From: an uncultured Actinomycetes bacterium
Lineage (GTDB): Bacteria; Actinomycetota; Thermoleophilia; Gaiellales; JAICJC01
Reading direction: 5' to 3'
Length of the DNA: 64,000 nucleotides
NCBI GenBank assembly: GCA_963709425.1
Contig: CAVPWG010000005.1
Span: 856,030 to 920,029, forward strand
The notes beneath the pieces were generated by a model. It worked only from the letters and a program-made list of their open reading frames with translations. It was not told the DNA's origin and did no database searches. A program made the translations under genes and the position numbers. Of this stretch, positions 29,287 to 38,446 are shown piece by piece; position 1 is the first letter of the stretch, and every line of letters starts with the position of its first letter.

Positions 29287-30606
29287 ATGCCGATTCCCTT
29301 CTTCGTGGACCCCCTCCGCGAACCCGGGACGCGCGGCGCTGCGCGCGGTGATCGGTGGATCGATCGTTGGCTGGCCGCCTGTGCGGATCTGGCCGAGCTG
29401 AAGCGCTCCAATCCGATGACCGACGCCGTCATCGACGAGATCGACGGCCGCATGATCCGCATCGGCGACCGGTGGCTCGCCGACTTCGCGTCGTGCAACT
29501 ACCTCGGGTTCGACCTCGACGCCGAGATCATCGACGCCGTGCCGGAGTACCTGCGCCGCTGGGGCACCCACCCCAGCTGGTCACGGCTGCTCGGAAGCCC
29601 GGTGCTGTACGAGCAGATCGAGAGCCGGCTCACGGAGCTTCTGGGGTGCGAGGACACGCTCGTGCTGCCGACCATCACCCACATCCACATGTCGGTGATC
29701 CCCGTGCTCGCCGCCGGCGGCACGATCTTCCTCGACAGCCGGGCGCACAAGACGATCTACGACGGCTGCCAGGTCGCCCGGGCCCGCGGCGCCACCGTCA
29801 AGCGATTCGCGTTCGAGGATCCCGACGACCTCGACCGCATGCTTTGCGACGACCTCTCGCACACGCGTATCGTCTGCATGGACGGCGTGAACAGCATCAC
29901 CGGCAACGCGCCCGACCTGCGCGCGTTCGCCCGGGTCGCCCGCGAGCACGGAGCGCTGCTCTATGTCGACGACGCCCACGGGTTCGGCGTGATCGGCGAG
30001 CGGAGCGACGACGAGACCACGCCGTACGGCATTCGCGGCAACAGCATCGTCCGGCACTTCGGCGAGTCGTACGACGGCGTCGTCCTCGTGGCCGGGTTCT
30101 CGAAGGCGTACTCGTCGCTGGCCGCGTTCATCGCATGCCCGACCGAGCTGAAGGAGCTGCTCAAGACCGCAGCGCCACCCTACCTGTACTCGGGCCCGTC
30201 GCCCGTCGCGTCGCTCGCGACCGTGCTCGCGGGCTTCGACGTGAACGACGCGCGCGGCGAGCAGCTGCGATTCGCGCTGTGGCGCAAGACCGAGGCCGTC
30301 CTCAAGCGGCTCGCCGAGCTCGACGTCTACACGCCAAACCATTCCGGATACCCGATCATCGAAGTGCCGCTTCGGCGCCACGAGGAGATCGGCGAGGTGG
30401 GCCGCTTCCTGTTCGACCGCGGGGTCTACGTGACCCTGGCCGCATACCCGCTCGTGCCGAAGCACGAGGTCGGGTTCCGCGTCCAGGTGACCGCCGCGAA
30501 CACGGACGCCGAGATCGAGCGTCTGACGAGCGTCATCGGTGAGCTGGCCGCAGCGGGCAGGCTGCGGCTGCGCTCCGACGCCGATGCCGCCCGGGAGGCC
30601 GCATGA
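29287..30606 (+). CDS. PLP-dependent alpha-oxoamine synthase family enzyme (BioF/KBL/SPT/CqsA-like)
   Basis: 439 aa. Contains SCNYLGF, DDAHGFGVIG, and GFSKAYSS (PLP lysine). Has an N-terminal ~45-aa extension. Confidence 0.8.
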   Translation: MPIPFFVDPLREPGTRGAARGDRWIDRWLAACADLAELKRSNPMTDAVIDEIDGRMIRIGDRWLADFASCNYLGFDLDAEIIDAVPEYLRRWGTHPSWSRLLGSPVLYEQIESRLTELLGCEDTLVLPTITHIHMSVIPVLAAGGTIFLDSRAHKTIYDGCQVARARGATVKRFAFEDPDDLDRMLCDDLSHTRIVCMDGVNSITGNAPDLRAFARVAREHGALLYVDDAHGFGVIGERSDDETTPYGIRGNSIVRHFGESYDGVVLVAGFSKAYSSLAAFIACPTELKELLKTAAPPYLYSGPSPVASLATVLAGFDVNDARGEQLRFALWRKTEAVLKRLAELDVYTPNHSGYPIIEVPLRRHEEIGEVGRFLFDRGVYVTLAAYPLVPKHEVGFRVQVTAANTDAEIERLTSVIGELAAAGRLRLRSDADAAREAA

Positions 30607-33600
30607 CCGTCTCGCGCGCGCTCAACGCGACCCGGCTCTCACGGCAGAGCGCATGGGGCTGGTACCTGGCGGCGGGCGCGCTCGTCACCTTCCTCTACAC
30701 GATGGTGCCGCCGGTCGCGGGCAACGGGCGCGTGATGAACGCCCTCGGGCTCTCGTCCTCAGTGGCGATCGTGCTCGGGATCGTGTTCCACCAGCCGCGG
30801 CTCCGCAAGGCGTGGGTGTTCTTCCTGGTCGGGCAGCTCCTGTTCTTCATGGGCGACGTCTACACGTACAGCCCGAACGTGCCCTTCCCGTCGCCGGGTG
30901 ACGCGCTCTACCTGGCCGTGTACCCGGCACTCATGGCCGGCCTCGTGCTGCTCGTCCGGCGCCGAAACCCGATCTCGGACCGGGCCGGCCTGATCGACTC
31001 GCTCATCCTGTCGCTCGGCATCGGCCTCCTGTCGTGGGTCTTTCTGGTCGCGCCCTACATCAATCTGAGCGGCATGACCGACCTCGCCAAGGGCGTGTCG
31101 ATGGCCTACCCGTTGGGCGACGTGCTGCTGCTCGCGGCGGCGATCCGCCTCGCGGTCGACACCGGCCGCCGGCAGCCGGCGTTCTTCCTGCTCGCCTCGA
31201 GCATCGTGTGCCTGCTCGTCACGGACTCCGTGTACAACTACATGCTGCTCAAGGGCACCTACGACCACCAGGTCCTGCTGGACGTGGGCTGGATTGCGTA
31301 CTACCTCCTGTGGGGCGCGGCGGCGCTCCACCCCTCGATGCGGACGCTCGAGGAGCCCGCGCCGGATCGGCGGGTCCGCCTGACGCGCGTGCGACTCGGG
31401 CTGCTCGCCGTCTCCTGTCTGATCGCGCCGGCCATCCGGATCGTCCAGGCCGACCGCACGGCGGAGATGCTCGTCGTCACCTGCGCATCGATGGTGCTCT
31501 TCCTGCTTGTCGTCGCGCGCATGGCGGGCCTCGTCCGCCAGGAGGAGCGCGTCGTCGCCCGCGAGCGCGCGCTGCGCCACGCCGGTCTCGCGCTGGTCGG
31601 CGCAACCGGTCTGGGTGAGATCTACGCAGCGACCATCGAGGCAGTCCAGTCGCTCGTCGGCCGGGCCGTCGCGGTGTGGGTCGTCGACGTCCAGGAGGAC
31701 GGCTGCCACATCGTCGCCTCGTCGGACGGGCCACGGTCGGAGCCCGCTCGGCTCGACGTGCTCGCGACCGCCTGGGTCGCCCGCCGCGCCGCCTCGGGCT
31801 CGGCACCGCTCGGCGAAGCACCTCCGGAGCTTCGCGCCGTCCTGGGCATCGCCGACGACGCCGTCGAGGCGGACGACCGGCTCGTGCTCTCCCCGCTCTC
31901 TGGCCGGGGAGAGGCGCACGGCTACGTCGTCGTCGCCGTCGACAGGGACGACGTCGCCCTGCTCCTGCCGCCGCTCGAGGCGCTCGGCTCGCAGGTCGCG
32001 CTCGCCGTGGCGAGCGCCATGCTCTCTGAGGACCTTCACCGCCGCCAGAGCGAGGCCCGCTTCCAGTCGCTCGTCGCTCATTCGAACGACCTCATCACCG
32101 TGCTCGACGCGGGCGGCGAGGTCAGCTACCTGAGCCCCTCGGTCGAGCGGCTGCTCGGCTACGGCGCCGAGGAGCTCCACGGCACGACGTTCCTGACCCT
32201 CGTCGCGCCCGCCGACCGCGGACGCATCGCGCACATCCTCGAGCCGTCGGGGCTCGAAAACGACAGCCACACGCTCGAGTGCACGCTCGTGCACCGCGAC
32301 GGCACCGAGCTCGAATTCGAGATCCGGCACTCGAACCTGATCGACGACGAGCACATCCGCGGCATCGTCTTGAACTCGCGCGACATCAGCGAGCGCAAGG
32401 CGTTCGAGCGCCAGCTGGCGCACCAGGCCTTCCATGACTCGGTCACCGGGCTCGCGAACCGCGCACTCTTCGCCGATCGCGTCGCGCACGCGCTGTCGCG
32501 GCGCTCGGAGGAGCGCACGCCGATGGGCGTCATGTTCATCGACCTCGACGACTTCAAGACGATCAACGACAGCCTCGGCCATCCGGTCGGAGACACCGTC
32601 CTCCGCGAGGTCGGCGAGCGACTGCTCGCGGCGCTCCGCCCGACCGACACCGCCGCCCGGTTCGGCGGCGACGAGTTCGCCGTGTTGCTCGAGGAGATCG
32701 AGGGCACCCAGCACGCCGCCGACATCGCCGAGCGCCTCAAGGAAGCCATTGAGCGGCCCGTCACGATCGAGGACAAGCAGCTCTTCGTGCGGGCGAGCAT
32801 CGGCATCTGCCTCACTCGGCCCGGCGAGGCCACGAGCCCCGAGGACCTGCTGCGGAATGCCGACGTCGCCATGTACATGGCAAAGCGCGACATCAAGGGC
32901 AGCTACCGGATGTTCGAGCCGGCGATGCACGAGAGCGTCGTCGAGCGGCTCGAGCTCCGCGCCGACCTCCAGCGGGCGATCGACGAGCACCAGCTCGAGG
33001 TGCACTACCAGCCCGTGGTCAGACTCGACCGGGGCGCGGTCACGGGGCTCGAGGCGCTGCTTCGCTGGCAGCACCCGACGAAGGGCACGATCTCGCCCCT
33101 CCAGTTCATCCCGCTCGCCGAGGAGACCGGGCTCATCATCCCCATCGGGCGCTGGGTGCTGCACGAGGCCTGCAAGCAGGGCGCCGCGCTTCAGAAGGCC
33201 GTTGGCCGCCACCACAACCTGATGATGAGCGTGAACCTTTCGGTGAAGCAGCTCCAGTCCGACACGATCCTCGCCGACGTGAAGTCCGCCCTCGCGGAGT
33301 CCGGCCTCCCCCACGAGAGCCTCGTGCTCGAGATCACCGAGTCGGTGATGATGGCCGACACGGACCTCGCGGTCGAGCGGCTGAAGGCGCTGAAGGCGCT
33401 CGGCGTGCGGCTCGCGATGGACGACTTCGGCACCGGGTACTCATCGCTCAGCTACCTGAGCCGGTTCCCGGTCGACATCCTGAAGATGGACCGGTCGTTC
33501 CTCCAGTCCGGCAAGGCGGACTCGGGGCTGGCCGCGGCGATCGTCAGCCTGGGTGAGACGCTCGACCTCCAGGTGGTCGCCGAGGGCATCGAAATGCCCG

Positions 33601-33761
33601 AGCAGCTGGCATCGCTGCTCAACCTCGGCTGCGAGCTCGGGCAGGGGTTCCTGTTCGCGAAGGCGATGCCGCTTCCCTCGGTGGTGGAGTACCTCGGATC
33701 GGCGACCGCGGACCAGCCGCAGGCCGACGAGACCGACCGCCCCGAGCGCGATGCAGCATAG
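30603..33761 (+). CDS. Polytopic membrane sensor with PAS-GGDEF-EAL domains (c-di-GMP turnover)
   Basis: 1052 aa. About 8 N-terminal TM helices, a GAF/PAS-like middle region, RFGGDEFAVLL (GGDEF), then LEALLRW and DDFGTGYSSL (EAL). ATGA overlap with the upstream synthase stop. Confidence 0.9.
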   Translation: MTVSRALNATRLSRQSAWGWYLAAGALVTFLYTMVPPVAGNGRVMNALGLSSSVAIVLGIVFHQPRLRKAWVFFLVGQLLFFMGDVYTYSPNVPFPSPGDALYLAVYPALMAGLVLLVRRRNPISDRAGLIDSLILSLGIGLLSWVFLVAPYINLSGMTDLAKGVSMAYPLGDVLLLAAAIRLAVDTGRRQPAFFLLASSIVCLLVTDSVYNYMLLKGTYDHQVLLDVGWIAYYLLWGAAALHPSMRTLEEPAPDRRVRLTRVRLGLLAVSCLIAPAIRIVQADRTAEMLVVTCASMVLFLLVVARMAGLVRQEERVVARERALRHAGLALVGATGLGEIYAATIEAVQSLVGRAVAVWVVDVQEDGCHIVASSDGPRSEPARLDVLATAWVARRAASGSAPLGEAPPELRAVLGIADDAVEADDRLVLSPLSGRGEAHGYVVVAVDRDDVALLLPPLEALGSQVALAVASAMLSEDLHRRQSEARFQSLVAHSNDLITVLDAGGEVSYLSPSVERLLGYGAEELHGTTFLTLVAPADRGRIAHILEPSGLENDSHTLECTLVHRDGTELEFEIRHSNLIDDEHIRGIVLNSRDISERKAFERQLAHQAFHDSVTGLANRALFADRVAHALSRRSEERTPMGVMFIDLDDFKTINDSLGHPVGDTVLREVGERLLAALRPTDTAARFGGDEFAVLLEEIEGTQHAADIAERLKEAIERPVTIEDKQLFVRASIGICLTRPGEATSPEDLLRNADVAMYMAKRDIKGSYRMFEPAMHESVVERLELRADLQRAIDEHQLEVHYQPVVRLDRGAVTGLEALLRWQHPTKGTISPLQFIPLAEETGLIIPIGRWVLHEACKQGAALQKAVGRHHNLMMSVNLSVKQLQSDTILADVKSALAESGLPHESLVLEITESVMMADTDLAVERLKALKALGVRLAMDDFGTGYSSLSYLSRFPVDILKMDRSFLQSGKADSGLAAAIVSLGETLDLQVVAEGIEMPEQLASLLNLGCELGQGFLFAKAMPLPSVVEYLGSATADQPQADETDRPERDAA

Positions 33762-35112
33762 TTACGAGGCGCTCGACCGCCCGGGCGGGTTCTCGCGTGT
33801 GAACCTGCTCCAGCCGCTGCGCCACCGGCGCTTCCTGCTGCTCTGGAGCGGGATGACGGTGTCGCTCTTCGGCGACGGCATCTTCCTCGTCGCGATGGCA
33901 TGGCAGGTGTACGAGCTCTGGAACGCCCCGGCGGCGCTCTCGGTGATCGGGATCGCGATGACGGTGCCCACGGTCGCGTGCCTGCTTCCCGGCGGGGTCG
34001 TCAGCGACCGCTTCGACCGGCGGACGGTGATGCTGGCCGCTGACGGTCTGCGAGCGATCGTCATCGGCCTCCTGGCACTGCTCTCAGCGACCGGCGCGCT
34101 CACGCTGTGGGAGCTGGCGGTGCTGTGCGCGGTGTACGGCGCCGGCACGGCGTTCTTCAACCCCGCGTTCGACGCGGTGGTGCCCGACATCCTCCCCGCC
34201 GACCAGCTCGCCGCCGCCAACTCGCTCGACCAGTTCGTGAGGCCGCTGGCACTGCGGCTGGCGGGCCCGGCGGCCGCCGGCTGGCTGATTGCGTGGATCG
34301 GCCTCGCCCCGGCGTTCGCGGTCGACGCCCTCAGCTTCTGCGTGTCGGCCGTTGCGCTGATCGCGATCGGACGGACGCCCCGCCCGCGCCAGGGGCCAAG
34401 CCCGTCCGCCGTCGAAGACGTACGCCAGGGCTTCGAGTTCATCCGCCGGCGGGTGTGGCTCTGGGGCACGCTGCTCTCGGCCGCCGTCGCCTATCTGGTC
34501 TTCCTCGGGCCGACCGAGGTCCTGCTCCCGTACATGGTGAAGAACGTCGTCCACGGCTCGGCCGCGTCGCTCGGACTGGTCTTCGCGGCCGGCGGCCTTG
34601 GCGCAATCGGGTGCGCGCTCGTGATGGGCCAGCGGGGCCAGCCGCGCCGTGGGGTGTTCTTCATCTACGCCACCTGGACGCTCGCGACGGTCGCTGTCGC
34701 CGGGTACGGCCTCGCGACGGCGACGTGGCAGCTGATGCTCGCGTGCCTCGTCTTCAACGCCCTCGAGACGGCCGGGACGATCGTGTGGGCCACGCTCAAG
34801 CAGACCCACGTGCCCGCAGAGCTTCTGGGTCGCGTCTCGAGCCTCGACTGGCTGATCTCGATCGGGCTTCTGCCGCTCTCGTTCGCGCTCACCGCACCGG
34901 CGGTGGCGGTGCTCGGGGCGCGAACGACGCTTGTCGCAGCGGGCGTGATCGGCGCGGTGGTCACGGCCTCGGCCCTGCTCCTGCCCGGCATGCTCGATCT
35001 CGATCGCGAGGAGCCGGCCCCTGCGGCCGGCGACTCCGAGGTCGACGTGGTCGTGACGCGGATCAGCATGCACGAGAGCGATCCGTCGCCACTCCCACGC
35101 CCACGGGCGTAG
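33751..35112 (+). CDS. MFS transporter (EntS/MFS_3-like)
   Basis: ORF 33553..35112(+) trimmed to ATG 33751 (MQHSYEALDRPGG...RRFLLLWSGMTVSLFGDGIF). Overlaps the GGDEF-EAL 3' end by 11 nt. Confidence 0.85.
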   Translation: MQHSYEALDRPGGFSRVNLLQPLRHRRFLLLWSGMTVSLFGDGIFLVAMAWQVYELWNAPAALSVIGIAMTVPTVACLLPGGVVSDRFDRRTVMLAADGLRAIVIGLLALLSATGALTLWELAVLCAVYGAGTAFFNPAFDAVVPDILPADQLAAANSLDQFVRPLALRLAGPAAAGWLIAWIGLAPAFAVDALSFCVSAVALIAIGRTPRPRQGPSPSAVEDVRQGFEFIRRRVWLWGTLLSAAVAYLVFLGPTEVLLPYMVKNVVHGSAASLGLVFAAGGLGAIGCALVMGQRGQPRRGVFFIYATWTLATVAVAGYGLATATWQLMLACLVFNALETAGTIVWATLKQTHVPAELLGRVSSLDWLISIGLLPLSFALTAPAVAVLGARTTLVAAGVIGAVVTASALLLPGMLDLDREEPAPAAGDSEVDVVVTRISMHESDPSPLPRPRA

Positions 35113-35249
35113 ATCGCAGCCGCAGGACACGCGCAAACTTGTGCCTGTAGTTGCTTGCGGCGGCATGCGCGGCTAAGGTCGTGCCTCGACGGACCGGTGG
35201 CTGATCGGTCCAGGCTCGAATTCGGGCTCGAGCCGGGGAAGAGGCGGCG

Positions 35250-35654
35250 TTGACCCCCAGCGCCGCCGGCATGTCCGGGCTTCCCCGTAGACACCTCTAT
35301 CTGGGCGGTCGCCACTCGTGGCTCTCGTCGGCCGGCGGCCACGGAATCGCCGGGGCGATCGGGTTCTACGGCTCGACCGGGCCGCGCAACGGCGAGGACG
35401 GCCCGATCCAGCGTGCCGCCGAGTTCCGCGCGCCCATCCTCGCGCTGATGGGCGGCGCCGACCAGGCGATCTCGGCCGACGACGTCGCGGCGTTCGACTC
35501 AGCGCTCGCCGAAGCCGGCGTCGAGCACGAGGTCGTCACCTACGACGGCGCGCCGCACAGCTTCTTCGACCGAAACCAGGAGCAGTTCGCCGACGCGTCG
35601 GCCGACGCGTGGCGGCGGGTGCTCGACTTCCTCGCGGCGCACACGCCCAGCTGA
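35250..35654 (+). pseudogene. Dienelactone hydrolase family remnant (C-terminal half only)
   Basis: 134 codons match only the C-terminal half of DLH-type hydrolases (GFYG...PILALMGGADQ...YDGAPHSFFD). The nucleophile position reads YLGG rather than CxGG. Only ~140 nt remain upstream and they carry stops in all frames. Confidence 0.55.
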
Positions 35655-35658
35655 GCGG

Positions 35659-36864
35659 CTACTGCTCGGTCGAGCTCTGCTGCACCGCGGTATCTCCGCG
35701 AAGCCTTCGGCGGAACCGCGTCCACGGCGATGCCGCTTCGGGCGTCGGCTCGTGCTCGGGCTCGGCCGCCATCTCGGCTTCGGGCTCCGTCTCGGCCTCG
35801 ACAGGCGTCGGCTCGTGCTCGGCCGCCACCTCGGGCGCAGTCTCCGGCTCCTGATCCGGCTCCGGCTCGGGGTCGGGCTCGGCCGCCATCTCGGGCTCCG
35901 GCTCCGGCGTAACCACCACCGGCTCCTCGACCGCCGCGGCCCGCCTGAGTGCTTCCCGGTCGGCCATCCGCCGGACGCGCTCCGAGTAGCGCTGTGCGCG
36001 CTCGCCGACGGCGTCGCCGTCACGCTCGGCCGCGGCGACGATCTCGCTCGCGCGGAGCTCGGCGTCGCGCAGCATCGCCTCGGCGTCCCTCGCCGCAGCC
36101 TCGCGCTCGTGGCGCGCCGCCGCTTCGACCTGCGAGACCTGGTCTGCGAGCATCCGCTCGAACGACGCCAGGGTCGCCTTCGTCCGGGCCAGCGCCGCAT
36201 TCGCGTCCTCAGCCTGCTCGGGCGTGCCGGCGTCGGCCGCGGCCTCCTCGTCGCCCGCCTGGACGCGGTCGATCGCCGCGACCAGCTCGTCCACGTTCAT
36301 CGACACCGCGTCCTCCACGCCCAGAGCGACGGCCATCCGGAACAGCCGCACGCGATCCGCGGTCCGATCGGCAGTCTCCTCCTCGACCTCGTCCTCGCGG
36401 CGAAGAGGTGAGACCGACACGACGTCCGGGACGGGCTCGTTTGCAACCTCGGCCAGCGCGGTCGAGCCGGTAGACGCCTCGGTCACACGCCGCAGGCGCT
36501 CGACGATGGCCTGTGTCCACCCGCTCGGCATGGGCTGGGACTCGGGCTCCGACTCGGCGTCGGGCTCCGGCTCGGACTCGGAGCCGGCCTCGGGCGCGGA
36601 GCCGTTCATCGGACGCTCGCCGGCGCGCTCGACCATCCGCGACCGCAGCTCGGCCATGTAGGTGTCGACGTCGGGCCTCCAGTAGCCGAGGGACACGACC
36701 CCGAACGTCTGCCCGTCGAGACGCTCGATCTCGGATGTCCAGTCGACGTCGCCTGACTCGATCCGGTCGGCCAGCTCACGCAGGCAGCGATCGACGTCGT
36801 CCTGGTTGTATCCATGCGCGCCGAACGAAAACGTGCGATCCCGAATGTCATGTGCCTCTTCCAT
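35659..36864 (-). CDS. DivIVA-domain protein with two N-terminal DivIVA repeats and acidic Glu/Pro-rich repeats
   Basis: ORF 35659..36882(-). ATG 36864 is preferred (MEEAHDIRDRTFSFGAHGYNQDDVDRCLRELA). A second repeat reads FGVVSLGYWRPDVDTYMAELR. Coiled-coil middle region. The C-terminus is EPEPEMAAEPDPEPEPD-type low complexity. Confidence 0.8.
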   Translation of the reverse strand: MEEAHDIRDRTFSFGAHGYNQDDVDRCLRELADRIESGDVDWTSEIERLDGQTFGVVSLGYWRPDVDTYMAELRSRMVERAGERPMNGSAPEAGSESEPEPDAESEPESQPMPSGWTQAIVERLRRVTEASTGSTALAEVANEPVPDVVSVSPLRREDEVEEETADRTADRVRLFRMAVALGVEDAVSMNVDELVAAIDRVQAGDEEAAADAGTPEQAEDANAALARTKATLASFERMLADQVSQVEAAARHEREAAARDAEAMLRDAELRASEIVAAAERDGDAVGERAQRYSERVRRMADREALRRAAAVEEPVVVTPEPEPEMAAEPDPEPEPDQEPETAPEVAAEHEPTPVEAETEPEAEMAAEPEHEPTPEAASPWTRFRRRLRGDTAVQQSSTEQ

Positions 36865-36988
36865 GCCGTGCACTGCCCTCACCAGATTCCAGGTTCTTCC
36901 TATCGCGAATGTACGTGAGTTCCGTGCGAGGTCAACGCCCGTCCCCCCTATTGACGCCGGCGCCCACCGCCCGTATTCGTCGAGTGTG

Positions 36989-38446
36989 ATGTCAGATCAG
37001 CGAACAACCCTCATGGCGAAGATGGCGGCCGCCCGGTCCAGGTTGTGGATCGCTCTGGTCGTCGCGATCATCGCCGGCGCCGCCGCCGCAGTGCTCGCGT
37101 CGGCCCAGGCGCCGACGTACGCAGCATCCGCGCAGGTCGGGTTCGGGACGACGACCCTCCCGGCGCAGGCGTCGGTTGCGCTCACCCCCGCGATGGCGCG
37201 CGCGACGCTCCACCGCGCCCGCGTCAGCAGCATCTCCGCACGCGAGCTGGTCGCGAGCACGACGATCTCGGTGGACTCCCCGTCCGGCGTTGCCGTCATC
37301 CGCGTGACCGACTCGCGGGGACCGCGGGCGCGACGGCTCGCGACCGCGTCCGCACAGACGCTCGTCGCGGCGCGCAGGCTGCAGATCGCAGACGGCGCGC
37401 GGCGTACGAAGGCGCGGCTTCACCGACAGCTGGTCGCCACCACTCACAGCCTCGAGACGGCCCAGGGCGTGGATCAGGTTTCGATGCGGTCGCAGTACGG
37501 CACCCTCGTGCGGCTCTGGCAGGCCATCGACACGCGCACCTCGATCGCGATGGACGGCGTCCAGGTGATCGGCGCCGCCGGGGCGGTCACCACGGAGGAT
37601 CAGCATGTCGCTCGCGACGCGGCGCTCGCCGCCATCGCAGGCGCGATCATCGCCGTCGCGGTCCTCGTCCTGACCGCGAGGCCCGGACGCGGACGCGCCC
37701 GCTCGGCGCGCGATCTCGGTCGGGCCCTGCGGATGCCCGTGCTCGGGACGCTCGGCGGCTCGGTGGCGGACGCGTGGGAGGGCATCGGCCAGGTGCGCGC
37801 GCGCATCGCGGCCGGGAACCTGCCGCGGCCGGCGGCCATCGCCGTCTCGGGCGCCGGGCACGAGGACGCCACGTCGGACACCGTCGTCGGGCTTGCGCTC
37901 GCCGTCGCCCGCCAGGGCCGCAGGGTCACCGTCGTCGACCTCGACCTCGCCCGGCCGCGCCTTCACCGCCGCCTCGGTGCGGACGGTGCCCCCGGTGCGG
38001 CCGACGTCGTCGCCGGAAGGATCCGCGTGGACGACGGGCTGATTACCTTCGACGACCGCGGCATCCCGGTGACCGACGCTCCGTTCGCCGCCGGCTGCGT
38101 CAGCCTGCTGCCCGCCGGCGCCCTCGACGGGAGCCTGTGGGACATGCTGTCGTCGCCCGCGCTGCGCGACGTCTTCCGCCGCCTGCGGCGAGACTCCGAC
38201 CTGATCCTGGTGGCGTGCCCGCCGGCGTCGGAGCCCGACGCCGTGGCGGCCCTTGTCGATCTCGCGGACGGCCTAGTCGTCGTGGCGCGGCTCGGATCGA
38301 TCAGGTGGGAGGACACGGAGGCGCTGCGATCGGCGATCGAGAGCATCCCGATGCCGAAAGTCGGCGCCGTTGCGGTCGCCGGTGAGCCGGCTCCTGCACA
38401 GGCCTCGTTCGCGCCGTCCGGGCGCCCGGCTCCGGCAACCTCCTAG
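36989..38446 (+). CDS. Wzz/PCP-like two-TM protein fused to a degenerate BY-kinase (MinD/ParA-fold) domain
   Basis: ORF 36806..38446(+) trimmed to ATG 36989. TM1 LWIALVVAIIAGAAAAVLA and TM2 AIAGAIIAVAVLVLTA. Walker A' is present (VTVVDLDLARPRL), but the Walker A position reads SGAGHEDATS with no GK[ST]. No C-terminal Tyr cluster. Confidence 0.65.
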   Translation: MSDQRTTLMAKMAAARSRLWIALVVAIIAGAAAAVLASAQAPTYAASAQVGFGTTTLPAQASVALTPAMARATLHRARVSSISARELVASTTISVDSPSGVAVIRVTDSRGPRARRLATASAQTLVAARRLQIADGARRTKARLHRQLVATTHSLETAQGVDQVSMRSQYGTLVRLWQAIDTRTSIAMDGVQVIGAAGAVTTEDQHVARDAALAAIAGAIIAVAVLVLTARPGRGRARSARDLGRALRMPVLGTLGGSVADAWEGIGQVRARIAAGNLPRPAAIAVSGAGHEDATSDTVVGLALAVARQGRRVTVVDLDLARPRLHRRLGADGAPGAADVVAGRIRVDDGLITFDDRGIPVTDAPFAAGCVSLLPAGALDGSLWDMLSSPALRDVFRRLRRDSDLILVACPPASEPDAVAALVDLADGLVVVARLGSIRWEDTEALRSAIESIPMPKVGAVAVAGEPAPAQASFAPSGRPAPATS

